Positions 12,601 to 24,825 of a stretch of 64,000 nucleotides of DNA are shown here, one piece after another. The stretch comes from Octopus bimaculoides (taxonomy: Eukaryota), in contig NC_068984.1 of assembly GCF_001194135.2 (NCBI RefSeq), positions 56,769,740 to 56,833,739 of the forward strand, in the 5' to 3' direction. Both the position numbers and the translations under genes were made by a program. Under the pieces are notes generated by a model. It was not told the DNA's origin. It worked only from the letters and a program-made list of their open reading frames with translations, and ran no database searches. How positions within the stretch are numbered: the first letter of the stretch is position 1; each line of letters begins with the position of its first letter.

Positions 12601-14899
12601 TTTAGGTTACAGAATTACTTCAGGTTGTTCAGAAGGGATGATTATTCATCTATTTTGTCTGAATTATTGTGATGAGAAGTAACCATTATCATACATTTTT
12701 AGGTATAAGCATGCTTATGTAGTTAAGAAATTTTCTTTGCAACCTGGTGTTTTTAGGTCTGATTCCACTGCATGGCACTCTGAGTCTTCTACAAAAGCCT
12801 TCAGCTTACTAATGCTTGTGAATGAAATTTGGAGAGAGAGAGTGTGTGTCTGTATATGTGTGAGTATGCATCTGTGCATATGGTACAGTTTTGGTGGTAA
12901 TATTATCTCTCCAATAAACAAACAAAAAATACATCTGTCAGTGGTTTGACATGCAAATATGTAGGAAATAAGCCCCTTACTTGTAAAAGAAGAAAGAGTT
13001 GGTGTAAAGAAGTACACCTAGCTGAAGAATACTACCATAAGAAGTCTCACTCAACCCATGGCAGGATGGAAAAAGCAGATTAAAAAAACCCAAATTGATG
13101 ATATGGATGATGCTTCAATGTATTCAGACTAGTATCCTCAACTTTGTTGTTACAAGATGAAGGCACCTGTCCAAATATATCAGTGTATTATATTGTTTCT
13201 TATCTAATCAATTGTTGACCAATGACATTTTGATCTGTCTGAATGTAGTGTTTATTTTGGAGTAGTTATCATTTTATATATCATGGAAGTTAGATGGCTG
13301 TTGTCCTGCTGTGCTAGATCATTTATAGTAATCTTTAAGTTACTATTCCTATATAAATATCAAAGTGCTTCTGCCACTTTGTCTATTTCACACTGGTAAT
13401 AGAACCTTTTAATCATTTGGAAAATTTCCAGCCATGCTTCTAATTTAATTGGTTGCTAGCTATTGATTTAATGAGATCAATTCTAGTTCTTCATCATTTT
13501 CATAATCATTTTAATCATAATTATTATCATCGATGTCTTTGCTTTTCTGTTACATTTTCAGTTTCCATTTCATCTTCCTAAAGCCTTCCTTTTATTTATC
13601 ACTTATTTTGATCTACTTTTATCCAACTCAGGTGTCCAACTTCACATTTAAATTGTTGATTCTAATACTACTTTACTTGGTAACAAGTGATGGTTGGCAA
13701 CTGGAGGGGCATCCGACCATAGAAAATTCATCTTGACAAATTCTGTCTGACCCATGTGAACATGGTAAAGTGGACATTAAAACCATAATGATGATGATAA
13801 AGTTTCTAGAGTAGTTGTATAAAAATAGATTAAAAGGAACTATTATTTAAAAGATATTTTCCTTGAGCTGTGGTGTTAATATAACAGATTTCATGACTCC
13901 CATGAAATTCCCACTCGTCTTGCACTTGCTTTTCTCCATTTCTGCTACAAAAATTGTAGATTTACCAAAATTTCATTCAATATTTCTCTGAAGATTAAGC
14001 ATTTTAGCAAAGTAGTTGTTTCCAAATATTTGTCCCAGCTAAGAGGCATTTACATCTCACATAAAACATAAGACTATTGTGAGGATGTGTGTATGTGTGT
14101 AAAATTAAATAAGTTCTGTTAGTTACTAAATTTTACACTAATTATCACTCCTCATATTAGATTTTAATATTTATCCTTCCCTCAAAATGTGCGACTTAAT
14201 GTAAATTTGAGAAACTAATATTTGTATGTTGCCTACATATTGCTTAAATGATCTTCAAAATATATACAAAATAGTTTGGTGGCAGTTGCAGCATAAGATT
14301 ATAATTTGTGTGTCTATGTGCATATGTGCTATTTGAAAGTTTCATGGTTTCTATCAAAATATCTATCAGAAGTGTCAAATATAGCAGTTAGTATTATTGA
14401 TTAGATAAGTCAAAGTAAAGTGCATGTTGACAGTCAGATAGCAAAAATGGTCAAAAATGAATAGTCTTTTCAGATTTTGAGTGTTGTAGTTGTGTCATTT
14501 CTATGATCAAAATTTATGAACTGGTTTGATATATTTCTTGAGAATTTATTTATTGTTTATCTTTTGATAGACTCTAACATCTAATCATAAATTTATAAAT
14601 GTACTACTGTTAAATATGAAGGCATTGTCTGGTAATCTTCTCATAGTCCTATATATAGCATTCATAGTTTTAAAGTGAGTGTTACAAAACTCCGGTGTGT
14701 AGTAAAAAATTAGATTGCATGACTTCTGTGTATCTTAGCATACATAATTGTTTTACCATTAGAGTAATAGATAAAGTTGACTAATTGATATTTCATAAAT
14801 TTCTGAATAGAAACTCTTTCAATAATGATTTTCAAATAGGCCTTGTGCCTGTAATAGAAAAGGTTATTGTTGTTTCCAAATTTTTTTTGTATCTCACCC

Positions 14900-15065
14900 T
14901 TATTATGGAATTTAGGTGGCTTTACTCTTGGGTAACAAGTTACCACCTGTGACCTTAGCCATACATGGACTTTTGAATGATCTTCGATGTTCCTGACAAG
15001 CAAGCTAGTTTCAGGTATCTTATGTGCTTCTGCAAGCCAATCTTTTCTGTCCACTCCTTGAGCAT
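14900..15065 (-). mobile_element. 3' end of an RLE-type (R4/Dong-like) non-LTR retrotransposon
   Basis: Minus frame 15065-14955 reads MLKEWTEKIGLQKHIRYLKLACLSGTSKIIQKSMYG*, resembling the R4-clade C-terminal WLxxIgxxxxxxxLQKxxLLGTAxIIRKV pattern. Short 3' UTR ends ttccataataa. Confidence 0.6.
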
Positions 15066-17239
15066 CTGGACTTGTGCCAAAATTTGAAACCATTATTGTT
15101 GTTGTTTTGTAGATAATCAAATAAATTAGTGATATACTTGAGATTAGTAGTTCAGGTCTTAGAATATTTTGCATTTGTAGATACAAATGTCTGTTTTACC
15201 AGAGTTAACTACTTTTATCTGCCAAGTCAATTGTAGAGGCTCTACTCAGAGTAGAGGCTCATCCTGCAGAAATAACAGCCAAATCTAATTCAAATCATAC
15301 TCTATCAACTGAAAAAAAGAAAAGGATTACTAAGTTAATTATAAATATATAATGTCTAAAATGGTGATGATTGGAATTCCTTTGGTCATGAGTCTGTTCA
15401 TTCAACACTTACCTGGAAGTAAATAACATTGCAACTTGTATCTGACACACCAACAAAGAAGCCTCTTTTTGATCACTCACTTAATCTGATAGAAATACAA
15501 CCAAATTTCTCTGAAATTACACTTCATTGTTCTAGAAAATGAAGGATACAACTGTATGATATTGTCCTATATGCACTGTACTGAGAAAAATATGGAATGG
15601 ACATGAATAAAATTCCTTAGAGCATAAATCTACTCAATCAGAGCAGAACTGGGCTTTAAAAAATGTCAGTAACAACTTTTATCTGCCTACAATTGGGTTT
15701 TTATTTTATTTATGAAATAATGTTAACTGTTTCTGAATCAGTACTGTCATTAGTAATACATGAAGTTTGTTAAAGGCTAAGTGTATAAAAGGGATGTGTA
15801 GTAAAAGGAAACAGAAATTAAAAAAAAAAAGCCCATTCTGATAGGTGATTTGTGAAGAAGGCAAATGCATATTGATATGTATGTATGTTTAGTGTTGGCT
15901 GTTGCAAGAAAGAGTACTTATCATCTTAGTAGAGATTAATATTTTTATGACTTGTCCGATGACCTCGTGAATGCAGGTAAAACTACAGAATAGCAAGAGA
16001 CAGATTTGACCAAGGAATATATATATATTTCAGGGAGTGACAAGTTCAAAAAGAAACTATGTCCAGCTACTTCGAATAAAGTTTTTTTTATGAAAAATAA
16101 ATCTGAAAGTGAATAAGCTCTTCAGTTCCTGATGAGCCACAGGCATAGCAAAATAGGCTTCATTGCACAAATTATATATATATATAAAACATAACTTTTC
16201 AGGACTCTAGTTGTTTTTTTTTCTTTTGTATTCGCATTTTTCTTTCCAATTCTGCTTTCTGTTTTCTTGTACTCATTCCCTTCTTTTCATATGAAGGACT
16301 TAAATTTCATACAATTTTGAGTTCTTTAAGCATTGAACCAATATCCATTGTCATTTGCTTTTTTTTTTTCCACACTCACTCACTCACTCACTCACTCACT
16401 CACTCTCACACACACACACACACACGATCACCATTTTACTAACACTTTTCTATATTGTCATGAATTGGATGTTTTTCTGAAGCAGTTGTTTTCAATTGGA
16501 TGCCCTTCCTGCTACTAGTCATTTTAAATAATAATGATAATGCATTTATTGAATACATTATTGGATACTGTGCTCAGGTGCACTACGACTCATCGAAAAA
16601 GTATAAAAGAGGGAACAGAAAGTAACAGTCATCTCTTTTAATATGCAGGAATGAATTCCTACTCTAAAGCCATGATACAGATGCACTCACACACATGCAT
16701 GCATGCACAAAAAATATGATTTATTTACAAGATTTGAATATTCATTGTGTAATAGAAGTCCAACCAATAGTAATTTCAAATCTTTCAAAAGGAAAGGAAG
16801 AAGTATGAAATTCTTACCATATGATGGATAGAATTGATGGTGAAAACAAAAAAACTGTTTCTAATGTACATTTGTAATGGAAGATTTTTATCAAAATAAA
16901 TACCCATCAATGATATCCTTATGTGGAGTAAGCAATTGTGACTCAGTGTAGCTTTTCTTAGAACCTTATCTCATTTTCTTTTATTTATTAAGTCATTTGA
17001 ATTGCATATAAGGAAAATTTTGTACATCTCCCTACATCTCCTTATTACCTCATTATCTTTGAAGCTGTCCGCAGTAGTTTATATAATGAACTAGCAAGAT
17101 GGGAAGAAAATACTTATAGTTTTTTCCATGTTGATAAGGTACGTGGAGTTTGAAATACTATGAAAGTAGAGATAAGTTGAAAAATAGGTGATCTGCCATA
17201 AACATACGTATATATGTGTGTATGTGTGATCATTAGCAT

Positions 17240-17480
17240 CATTCCGCATTTGCCTTCCTTGCTGGCATACATTGGATGGTACAATAAGATCCAATGGATT
17301 GGAGGATCATTGCTTACTCCAGTATTTCACTTTTGGCATGGTTTCTACTGTTGGATGTTCTTCCTAATACTAACCACATTACAGAGTGTACTGGGTACTC
17401 TTTTTTTGGTGCCAACATCAGTGATGTTACCATGTAACTCACAAGACAAAATGTCCTCACTTGAGAGGAAGTATAGCAGA
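17240..17480 (-). mobile_element. RTE-like 3' tail remnant
   Basis: catggtttctactgttggatgttcttcctaatactaaccacattacagagtgtactggg is the reverse complement of the tail at 7400-7500. Confidence 0.6.
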
Positions 17481-17590
17481 AAGGGAGGTGGCTTTATACA
17501 AGGTGTTGAGAAGTTATACATGAGTGTGTGCATGTGTGCGTTGTACATTATAGCAAAGTAAACTTGATTTTATATATACTCATGTATATA

Positions 17591-17637
17591 TCTAGTACAT
17601 TCTGAATTCTAGTACATTCTGAATTCTAGTACATTCT
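17591..17637. repeat. 17-bp minisatellite, about 2.8 copies
   Basis: tctagtacattctgaat repeated. Confidence 0.9.
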
Positions 17638-20194
17638 AGTTACATTGTTATCATACATATATATTTAATTTTCAAACATTTGCTGAAGTATTTTATTTCC
17701 TTTACTGTGATATGGTGGTACATAGTGAAAAAATATATAACAGATTAACACTAATACCCTTGTCAAGAATATTTTCCATTATTGAGCTTGTTGTATTTAT
17801 GATCTGGCCATTGACTGACTTAGTTTTATGTAGAGTTATCCTGCAGCATCAATCACTTTCCTTTGATAGCAACATTCATAACTCTGAAGTTACAATTGTT
17901 ATCTTATACTTACTATAGACTGTTTGCTTTGTAAGGTATAATTACAGCAATGAATTGTTTTGTTAACTCTTTGGAGATGGATCTTACTGATGATTATAGC
18001 TTTTTTTTTTCTATGTTACAATAAGTTTCTTGTTTCAAAATTCATTTAAAAAAACAATCTGAATCTGACAGACAATGTACAGATTACTTATACATTCTGT
18101 TATTGGCGTGATCAGCTTTGTTTTCTTTCTAACATAAGTGATAGACCAAATAGATCATCATAGGGTTGAAGTGTTTCCCTATTGTGAGACTTTAAACTTT
18201 CCTCTTTCATATATTCTAAAAATTCTTCAAATTGGACTCCTTCAGACTGACCTATGGACAAAATACTTTTAAAAATATATGCTAAAATGACTTTTTTTTT
18301 TCTAAAATCAAAATATTACAAATGATCTTAGATAAAATAATTTGAAAATCTCAAGTTATGCTGTGCTGAAGATTACAAAAACAGGATGAAATGATATTGT
18401 ACATGGCTACTGTGATAATGATAAAAAATAATAAAAGAATTATATGCATTAACAGGTATGCTGTTTTCACTCTTTGAATATATATATATATATATATGTG
18501 TGTATGTGTGTAGTACACTCTGTAATGTGGTAAAATCATTGATATTAAGGAAAGACATTCAACCATAGAAACCATGTCAAAAATTGTAATATGAAAGCAA
18601 AACATGGCCATCTGACCTCTCTAGAAGAGCAGTAACTTTGAATAAGAATTGACTCAGAATGTGATGAGCCATCCAACCCACACCATTATGAAAAGCAGAT
18701 GTAAAATGATGATACGTGTATAGTATGAATTTTTCTCTTCTCTTGGAAATTTTAGACAAAATGTTTAATAATAAATTATTTCAAATAAAAGACATTTTTT
18801 TTATCAGTTACATTATTACAAAGATAAAAATATTTTTCAATAAGGAAAAAGATTGTTTACTTAATCATATCCACATTTCATTACACTCTGAATGTGTGAA
18901 ACTACCTGTCTTTTTAACTACAAAATTTAACGTTCCAGCAATAGAATATTTATGTGATTACTGAATCTCTTAGAAATAGCAACCAAACATCTCTCAAACT
19001 TTGCAATCTTAAATCAAAAGTTTACACTAGATAATGTACTGCTAGATACCTCTAAAACTATAGGATGGTCATGGCTGGAATGCATTTAATTCATTGATCA
19101 ATTTGCCTGGGGATAAACAAAAACCCCAACTGTTAAAATTGAGTAGGTTCACAACCCGGAATTTTATAGAAATACATAATGATAATATGAGAAATAACAA
19201 TATGTTATAACAATAATTGTCTATTTTCCTTCATTTTTTTTGTAATCATAAAAGTTTAGTAGTTTCTTCACCTATTTTATAAATAAATTTACACGTATGT
19301 TAGTTATTAACAAACCAAAATTTTTAAGGTGCTCTTCGTTAGTTTTATAACAGAAAAAAAAATACTATCTCAATTTTCCCAGCTGTTTGCATCCTTTTAG
19401 ACTCCCTAAACTTGTTTTAATGATAGGATTTGGTGCAAAATATTGGGAATATTTTTTATATCTCTCATACACATGCTGCACAGTATTATTTCTTCTTCTC
19501 CTTCTCTCTCATACAACAACAAATATGTGTGTGCATGCAGATGAGACAGGCTGAGAAGCAAAGCATATGCACAGATATAGCCATGTGCAGTGAGATTTCT
19601 ATGAGTGCTTCATAAATATAGAACTTTGTTCATGTTAATCTTTATGTCATACACTAAGAACATTTTATGTTTATCAAACTCTCATAGAATATTTGGCAAT
19701 TCAGTAAACTCATACTTTGGTAACAACTGTATTATTCAGTTTAGGTTCTATGAAACCAAAGCTTTCAAGTGCAATTGTGTTCCAGCTATAGTATTTTTGG
19801 ATCATTCAAATGACATTCCATTTCCCTTCTGCTGTTTTACACATTTATTCAGTGCTCAGTGCAAAATATAGTGTGAAGGATTTGAATCCCATTAAAGTTT
19901 AGTATTCTACATTGTTTTTATGAAAATAGTTTATTTTTCTCATAGTCTGCATCAATCTTCATTGCTTAGACTCAAGGTTCAGATCTAGATGAAGTTGTGT
20001 ATTCTAATTCCACCCCCCTTTTTTTTGTTTTTTATCCTTCATTTGATGCATGCTTTGATAACTTTATATATCAATATGTCTGGTAAAAGATTATATATTG
20101 TGAGTGAATTTAGGTCTGATAAGTTTTTCAAAAACTGTGTTTAGACAATATGTTACAGGGAATATGAAAGAGAGAGGAGTGATTAGTGAAACCT

Positions 20195-20437
20195 TCATCC
20201 ACCAAGTTGAATGAGTTTAATAACATTTAAATGTTCTTTGGTGAGAAATTCCTTCAAATTGATAAAATTTTTTTGATAAGGATGTAACCAAAGTCTCTTG
20301 TGTAACAGAATTATGGCTGTTGGCGAGAGATGGGAATTGGCTAAGTGGTTGAATAGTTCTGCTGCACAACAGATGTTGGCTTTATCTTTAGCAAGTAAAA
20401 CTTCAACAATTTGAATGAAGTCACCTGGTGAAAAAAT
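20195..20437 (-). pseudogene. Possible N-terminal fragment of a Penelope-like ORF
   Basis: Stop-free frame IFSPGDFIQIVEVLLAKDKANICCAAELFNHLANSHLSPTAIILLHKRLWLHPYQKNF... HLANSHLSPTAIILLHKRLWLHP fits the spacing of the PLE motif NLSxxxLSxxExxLLxKGLxFxP. Confidence 0.4.
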
Positions 20438-20838
20438 TTAAATGTTACTAAACATGGCCAGTTTGGTGGCTATTTCGTAGTATTTTGCCTATATGCCCAT
20501 TGTTTATACATTATTTTGAAAAAGGTTTTAATTTGCAAATGATATAATTGTCCATCTCCTTTAACAATGTGCATGCAAAGCAACATTAAAAAACAATAAT
20601 ATCTATCTAGATTTGGACATTCACTCTATGCTTCACATATGAACAATAAATATATAATTACTAGATGAAAAGCAGTAGAAAAAAAATATTAAAATAATTT
20701 ATTTTTTTGCACAAAACCAGTAATTTTGGGGGAAGAGAAGTTGATTTACATCAACCCCATAGTTCTATATTTAAGAGATGAGGAATTATGTATATTATTT
20801 ACATTTGATGGATATTTGTCCTCATCTTGTTTGTTGTT

Positions 20839-20884
20839 AACACAATGTTTCAGCTGATATACCCTCCAGCCTTCATCAGGTGTC
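20839..20884 (-). ncRNA. Minimal type I hammerhead ribozyme motif (family 1, copy a; decayed)
   Basis: GACAC-CTGATGA-A-GGCTG-loop-CAGCT-GAAAC-ATT-GTGTT: stem I GACAC/GTGTT, stem II 5 bp, conserved core present. Confidence 0.7.
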
Positions 20885-20936
20885 TTGGGGAAATTTCGAA
20901 CCTGAGTTCTCATTCCTAAGGTATTTTTCGATGTTA

Positions 20937-20960
20937 TCATTATTATTATTATTATTATTA

Positions 20961-21003
<43 letters not shown>

Positions 21004-21012
21004 CATTATTAT
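20937..21012. repeat. (ATT)n microsatellite inside the PLE 3' end
   Basis: Direct reading; source of the poly-I/N/L ORFs. Confidence 0.95.
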
Positions 21013-21085
21013 TCAGGTCACTACCTGGAATCAAACTCAGAATTTTGGGGTTAGTAGCCCACACTCTTAACCACTATGCCATAAG
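21013..21085 (-). promoter_or_regulatory. tRNA-derived Pol III internal promoter (A and B boxes) in the PLE 3' region
   Basis: Minus strand TGGCATAGTGG (A box, 21071-21081) and GAGTTTGATTCC (B-box-like, 21027-21038) with tRNA-like spacing; not a complete tRNA. Confidence 0.7.
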
Positions 21086-21117
21086 TTTGTGGGCAATTAT
21101 GGAGTGAATTTTAGGGC

Positions 21118-22713
21118 TTATAAATCTAATATTTTCCTATCCTTCCTTAATACCAGTTCCCATATGCTACTCATATCTGCACTGGGTCTGCTTAGGAGGT
21201 TGTTGTGTCCTAGCATATGTGCTGCTTCTTTTAGTTTTCGTATTTTCCAGTAGTGTTCTCTGTCTATTATTTTAACTTCATCCCACAGGGGGAGGTGGTC
21301 TCCATTTTTCCATACATGATCAGCTATTCCTGATTTATCAATATCTCTTCATGTTATAGCTTTGTGATGTTCCTCTACCTTTATTTTGAGGGGGCCGCAT
21401 GTTTCGCCTTTGTATGACCTACCACAGCTGCATGAGATGGAGTACATGCAGTTTTTTGGTCATATTTTCCTCTATTGGTGGTTTTACTCAAAGGAGATAT
21501 TTGCAAAATGTCGTATTACTCTTGAATACTGTCCTGATATCATATGGGCCGCATATCTTTTGTATCTTTTCGGAGAGGCCTTTCACATAGGGTAGACAGA
21601 TTGCGGACAGTTTATTGGTTTCATCCCCTCTTTTCTTCATAATTGGAGCGGATAGTATGTTTTTGGGGTACTTGTTGCTTAATAGATTGTTATTGAGTTT
21701 GATCATTTCTTCATGATGGGTATCATGATTGCTACTTATATTCTTTGCTTGATGTTTTAGGCACTGAGCAATCCCTCTCTTTACACCGTGTGGATGGTGG
21801 GAAATGAAGTTAAGGTATCATCCAGTGAAGGTCGGCTTGCAGTATACGGATGTCCTGAATCCATACTTGGTGCTATTAATATGTCGAGGAATGCTAGCTG
21901 ATTGTCTTCTTCCTTTTCCATTGTGAATTGTATGGATGGCTTCATTGAGTTCACATGATCTAACAGCACTTGAACATCTTCCTGGTGGGATCAGAGTATA
22001 AATGTGTCATCAACATATCGCAGCCATAGGGTTGGTTTTAGTGGTGTTGATTCTAAAGCCAAATTCTCAAAGTATTCCATGTATATATTGGCTATTATCG
22101 GTGATAATGGTGAACCCATAGCTAAACCCTCCTCTTGTTGATATATATCAGTGTCCATACTGAAGTAGGTAGTTTCTACACAGAAGGTCAACCTTTCCAT
22201 CAAGTTTCTTATTGGTATTCTAGTGCGTTCTTTTAGATGGGTGTCTATCACTAGTTTCTCTTGAATCACTGATAGTGCTTCACCAGTTGGGACTTTGGTG
22301 AACAGACTTATCATATCTAGACTCATAATCTGGTTGGATTCAATGGGGGTATCCTTGATCAATTCTGTGAAATGGGTGGAATTCTTCACAAACGATGTTG
22401 ACTTTCCCGCTAATGAACTGATTATATCAACAAGGAAGTGGCTCAGTGGATGACATGCTGAACCTCTACAGCTCACTATAGGTCTTAATTGAATACCATC
22501 CTTGTGAATCTTAGGGAGACCATACGTGTATGGTAGTTTACTGTAGTGTTGAGTCAGTTGTCTGTACTTCATTGGTGTAAAGTGATCCTAGTTCTTGATC
22601 AAGATCTGTGACAACTTCCTCTGTTTTCAGAGTTGGGTCTTTCTTTACTTTGCTGTAGTCACTTACTAGACTTGCTAATTTTTCTGCATAGTCAAACTTG
22701 TTCATCACCACTG
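21118..22713 (-). pseudogene. Penelope-like reverse transcriptase plus GIY-YIG endonuclease (frameshifts and stops)
   Basis: Motifs TVVMNKFDY, YGLPKIHK..LRPIVS, SLDMISLFTKVP, YQQEEGLAMGSPLSPIIANIYME, WLRYVDDTF, IQFTMEKEEDNQLAFLDI, ICLPYVKGLSEKI; endonuclease CMYSISCSCGRSYKGET...SGIADHVW...RKLKEAAH; stop at 21118-21120. Confidence 0.95.
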
Positions 22714-22765
22714 TAACATCGAAAAATACCTTAGGAATGAGAACCCAGGTTTGAAATTTCCCCAA

Positions 22766-22811
22766 GACACCTGATGAAGGCTGAAAGGTATATCAGCCAA
22801 AACATTGTGTT
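22766..22811 (+). ncRNA. Minimal type I hammerhead ribozyme motif (family 1, copy b; G12 to A)
   Basis: GACAC-CTGATGA-A-GGCTG-loop-CAGCC-AAAAC-ATT-GTGTT. Confidence 0.65.
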
Positions 22812-24092
22812 AACAACAAACAAGATGAGGACAAATATTTGTCAAATGTAAATACTGTACATCAACCTCAGTGCCCAACTTTATTGACCCCCAAAAGGAT
22901 GAAAATATATTAATGATAGGAAAAAATCAGACATTATTCCGAATTGGGAACTAAAAGTGTGAAAATATTCGCTATTTCTGGCAACAGATGTTTAATCTTA
23001 TCCTTACAAATCAAAATCTCACTAGTATGAGTAAATTTCTTTGAAAGACATTATATATATGCATATGTGTGTATATATATACATATATATTCCAACTTCA
23101 TACAAGAAGCTTTAGCTTAGCTTTCTTAATAACTAGACATCAAAGGAATTGATAATATTAAATCTGACAAAAAGGGGAGATATTTTCTTTCCTGCTATTA
23201 TTTTGTTGGATATAGACCTTTGATATTTTATTATGACATTCTCTTCCATTTCCCTTATAGATAGCACAAACTCAAAAGTATTCTTTGCTCTCTGTATGAA
23301 AGTTTATGTAAGAGTATTTGGTTGAGCTGGGGAAAGAATGAGAAACAAACATTAGTTAGTGTCCATGTATTTAATAAATGGAGTATTAAAAAGCAAACTT
23401 GAAATAAAAATGCAGTGAAGAAAGTAACAATACTAGTCGATGCCTAATATTATTTTCATTTCTTCTGGTAAGTACATTTGACAACTCTGGACATCTTTTG
23501 ATCTTAGTGTAACCTCAATAGTAAAGCATTACCTTCATTATACTCTCTCCCAAGAGCAGAGATGAAAAATGCATTAAGTAAATCTACCATTTATTGGCAT
23601 AGGAAAATATAATTATTTAGAAAGTAAAGTATTCAGAGATGCCAGTCTAACATTTATGTATAAAACATTAAAAAGTTAAACTAGATATAAATTTGTGGTG
23701 AAGTTTTCACCAATTTTACTTCAAATTGTTAGTCTATTTTATGTAGTACTTGAATTACTATTATTTCTCATCCCCTTGAGATAATGTTACAAGTTCCTGT
23801 TTTTTGTTAAGGGCATTAACAATGTAAGGTGTCTCAACTACCAATTAAAACTGGGTTTGTTGCAGATCTAGTTCAGTAATAACTTACTATCGCTTTATGG
23901 GGCCCAATTACCTGTGATGTAATATTGAAACATAATCTTACAATGTTTCTAACCAACAGTTTAGATAATGACTGACTCGTGAAATATAAATTTCTGTCTA
24001 CATTTCAACAGCTGTTTATGATTTGTAGCACGTAGTGTTTTGGTAGTGTTAATGCATTTAAAAATTACTCTTGTATGATATCTCATTCCTCT

Positions 24093-24200
<108 letters not shown>

Positions 24201-24825
24201 TTATGTATTTATTACACATATACATAAAACAATATGGATTACATGAGTTAAAAAGAGGGAACGTGATAAAAAAAAAAAAGTAGTGTAAATTATGATTTAA
24301 TATAGTTTCCAGAACTGCTAGCTGCTACTCTGAGTTACATTGATTTGTTATGCTATATCTGCAAGGGATATTATTCCATATGATGACATGGATATTTAAT
24401 GAATTGCATGTGTGTCATCAATGTCACCTAATGATCTAATTTGAAATAATACCCTCTAGTGATGTAACAAATTGGTGAATCTTAGAGTAGTAGCTGCACA
24501 AGTCCTGGACATGGACACTTTTCGTAAGGAACTTACCAGTTTTGGAAGAATATTTTTTTCTTTTAAGTTAAGCTTGTCGCTTAACTTGGGATAAAACTGC
24601 AAATGTGTATACCATATTTTTAAACATAGCAAATTAGTACAACATAAGAGAAAATTTAAAATCTTAGTGTTCATCTGCCCATACTGGTACAGTATGGGCA
24701 GATTTTTGAAATCCAACGAACCTTTATACAAATATACCTTTTTAAAGGGATGTGATAAACCTATTATAATGGATAATACTAAGTGTACTTTTTCTTTTGT
24801 GATGTAATCTTTGGACTAAAAATGT

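Larger units (their letters stand above)
20760..22857 (-). mobile_element. Penelope-like retroelement insertion, 5'-truncated with an inverted terminal segment
   Basis: RT plus GIY-YIG pseudo-ORF; 141-bp inverted repeats at 20796-20936 and 22714-22854; 12/13 TSD-like TACATCAACC(C/T)CA at 20747-20759 and 22858-22870; splits a family C SINE. Confidence 0.92.

Noticed and set aside
14710-15186. 158-aa minus-strand ORF
   Set aside because: It crosses a SINE tail and an R4-like LINE end whose recognisable peptide is in another frame; no homology is recognisable in this frame.
16117-16170. GCTCTTCAG-TTC-CTGATGAGC hairpin with CTGATGA core
   Set aside because: No correctly placed GAAA or consistent stems, so not supportable as a hammerhead.
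17214-17561. 115-aa hydrophobic ORF
   Set aside because: Mostly the antisense of the RTE-like 3' tail.
21013-21085. Functional tRNA gene
   Set aside because: Has A and B boxes, but the acceptor and anticodon stems are not properly paired; treated as a tRNA-derived head, as are all SINE heads here.
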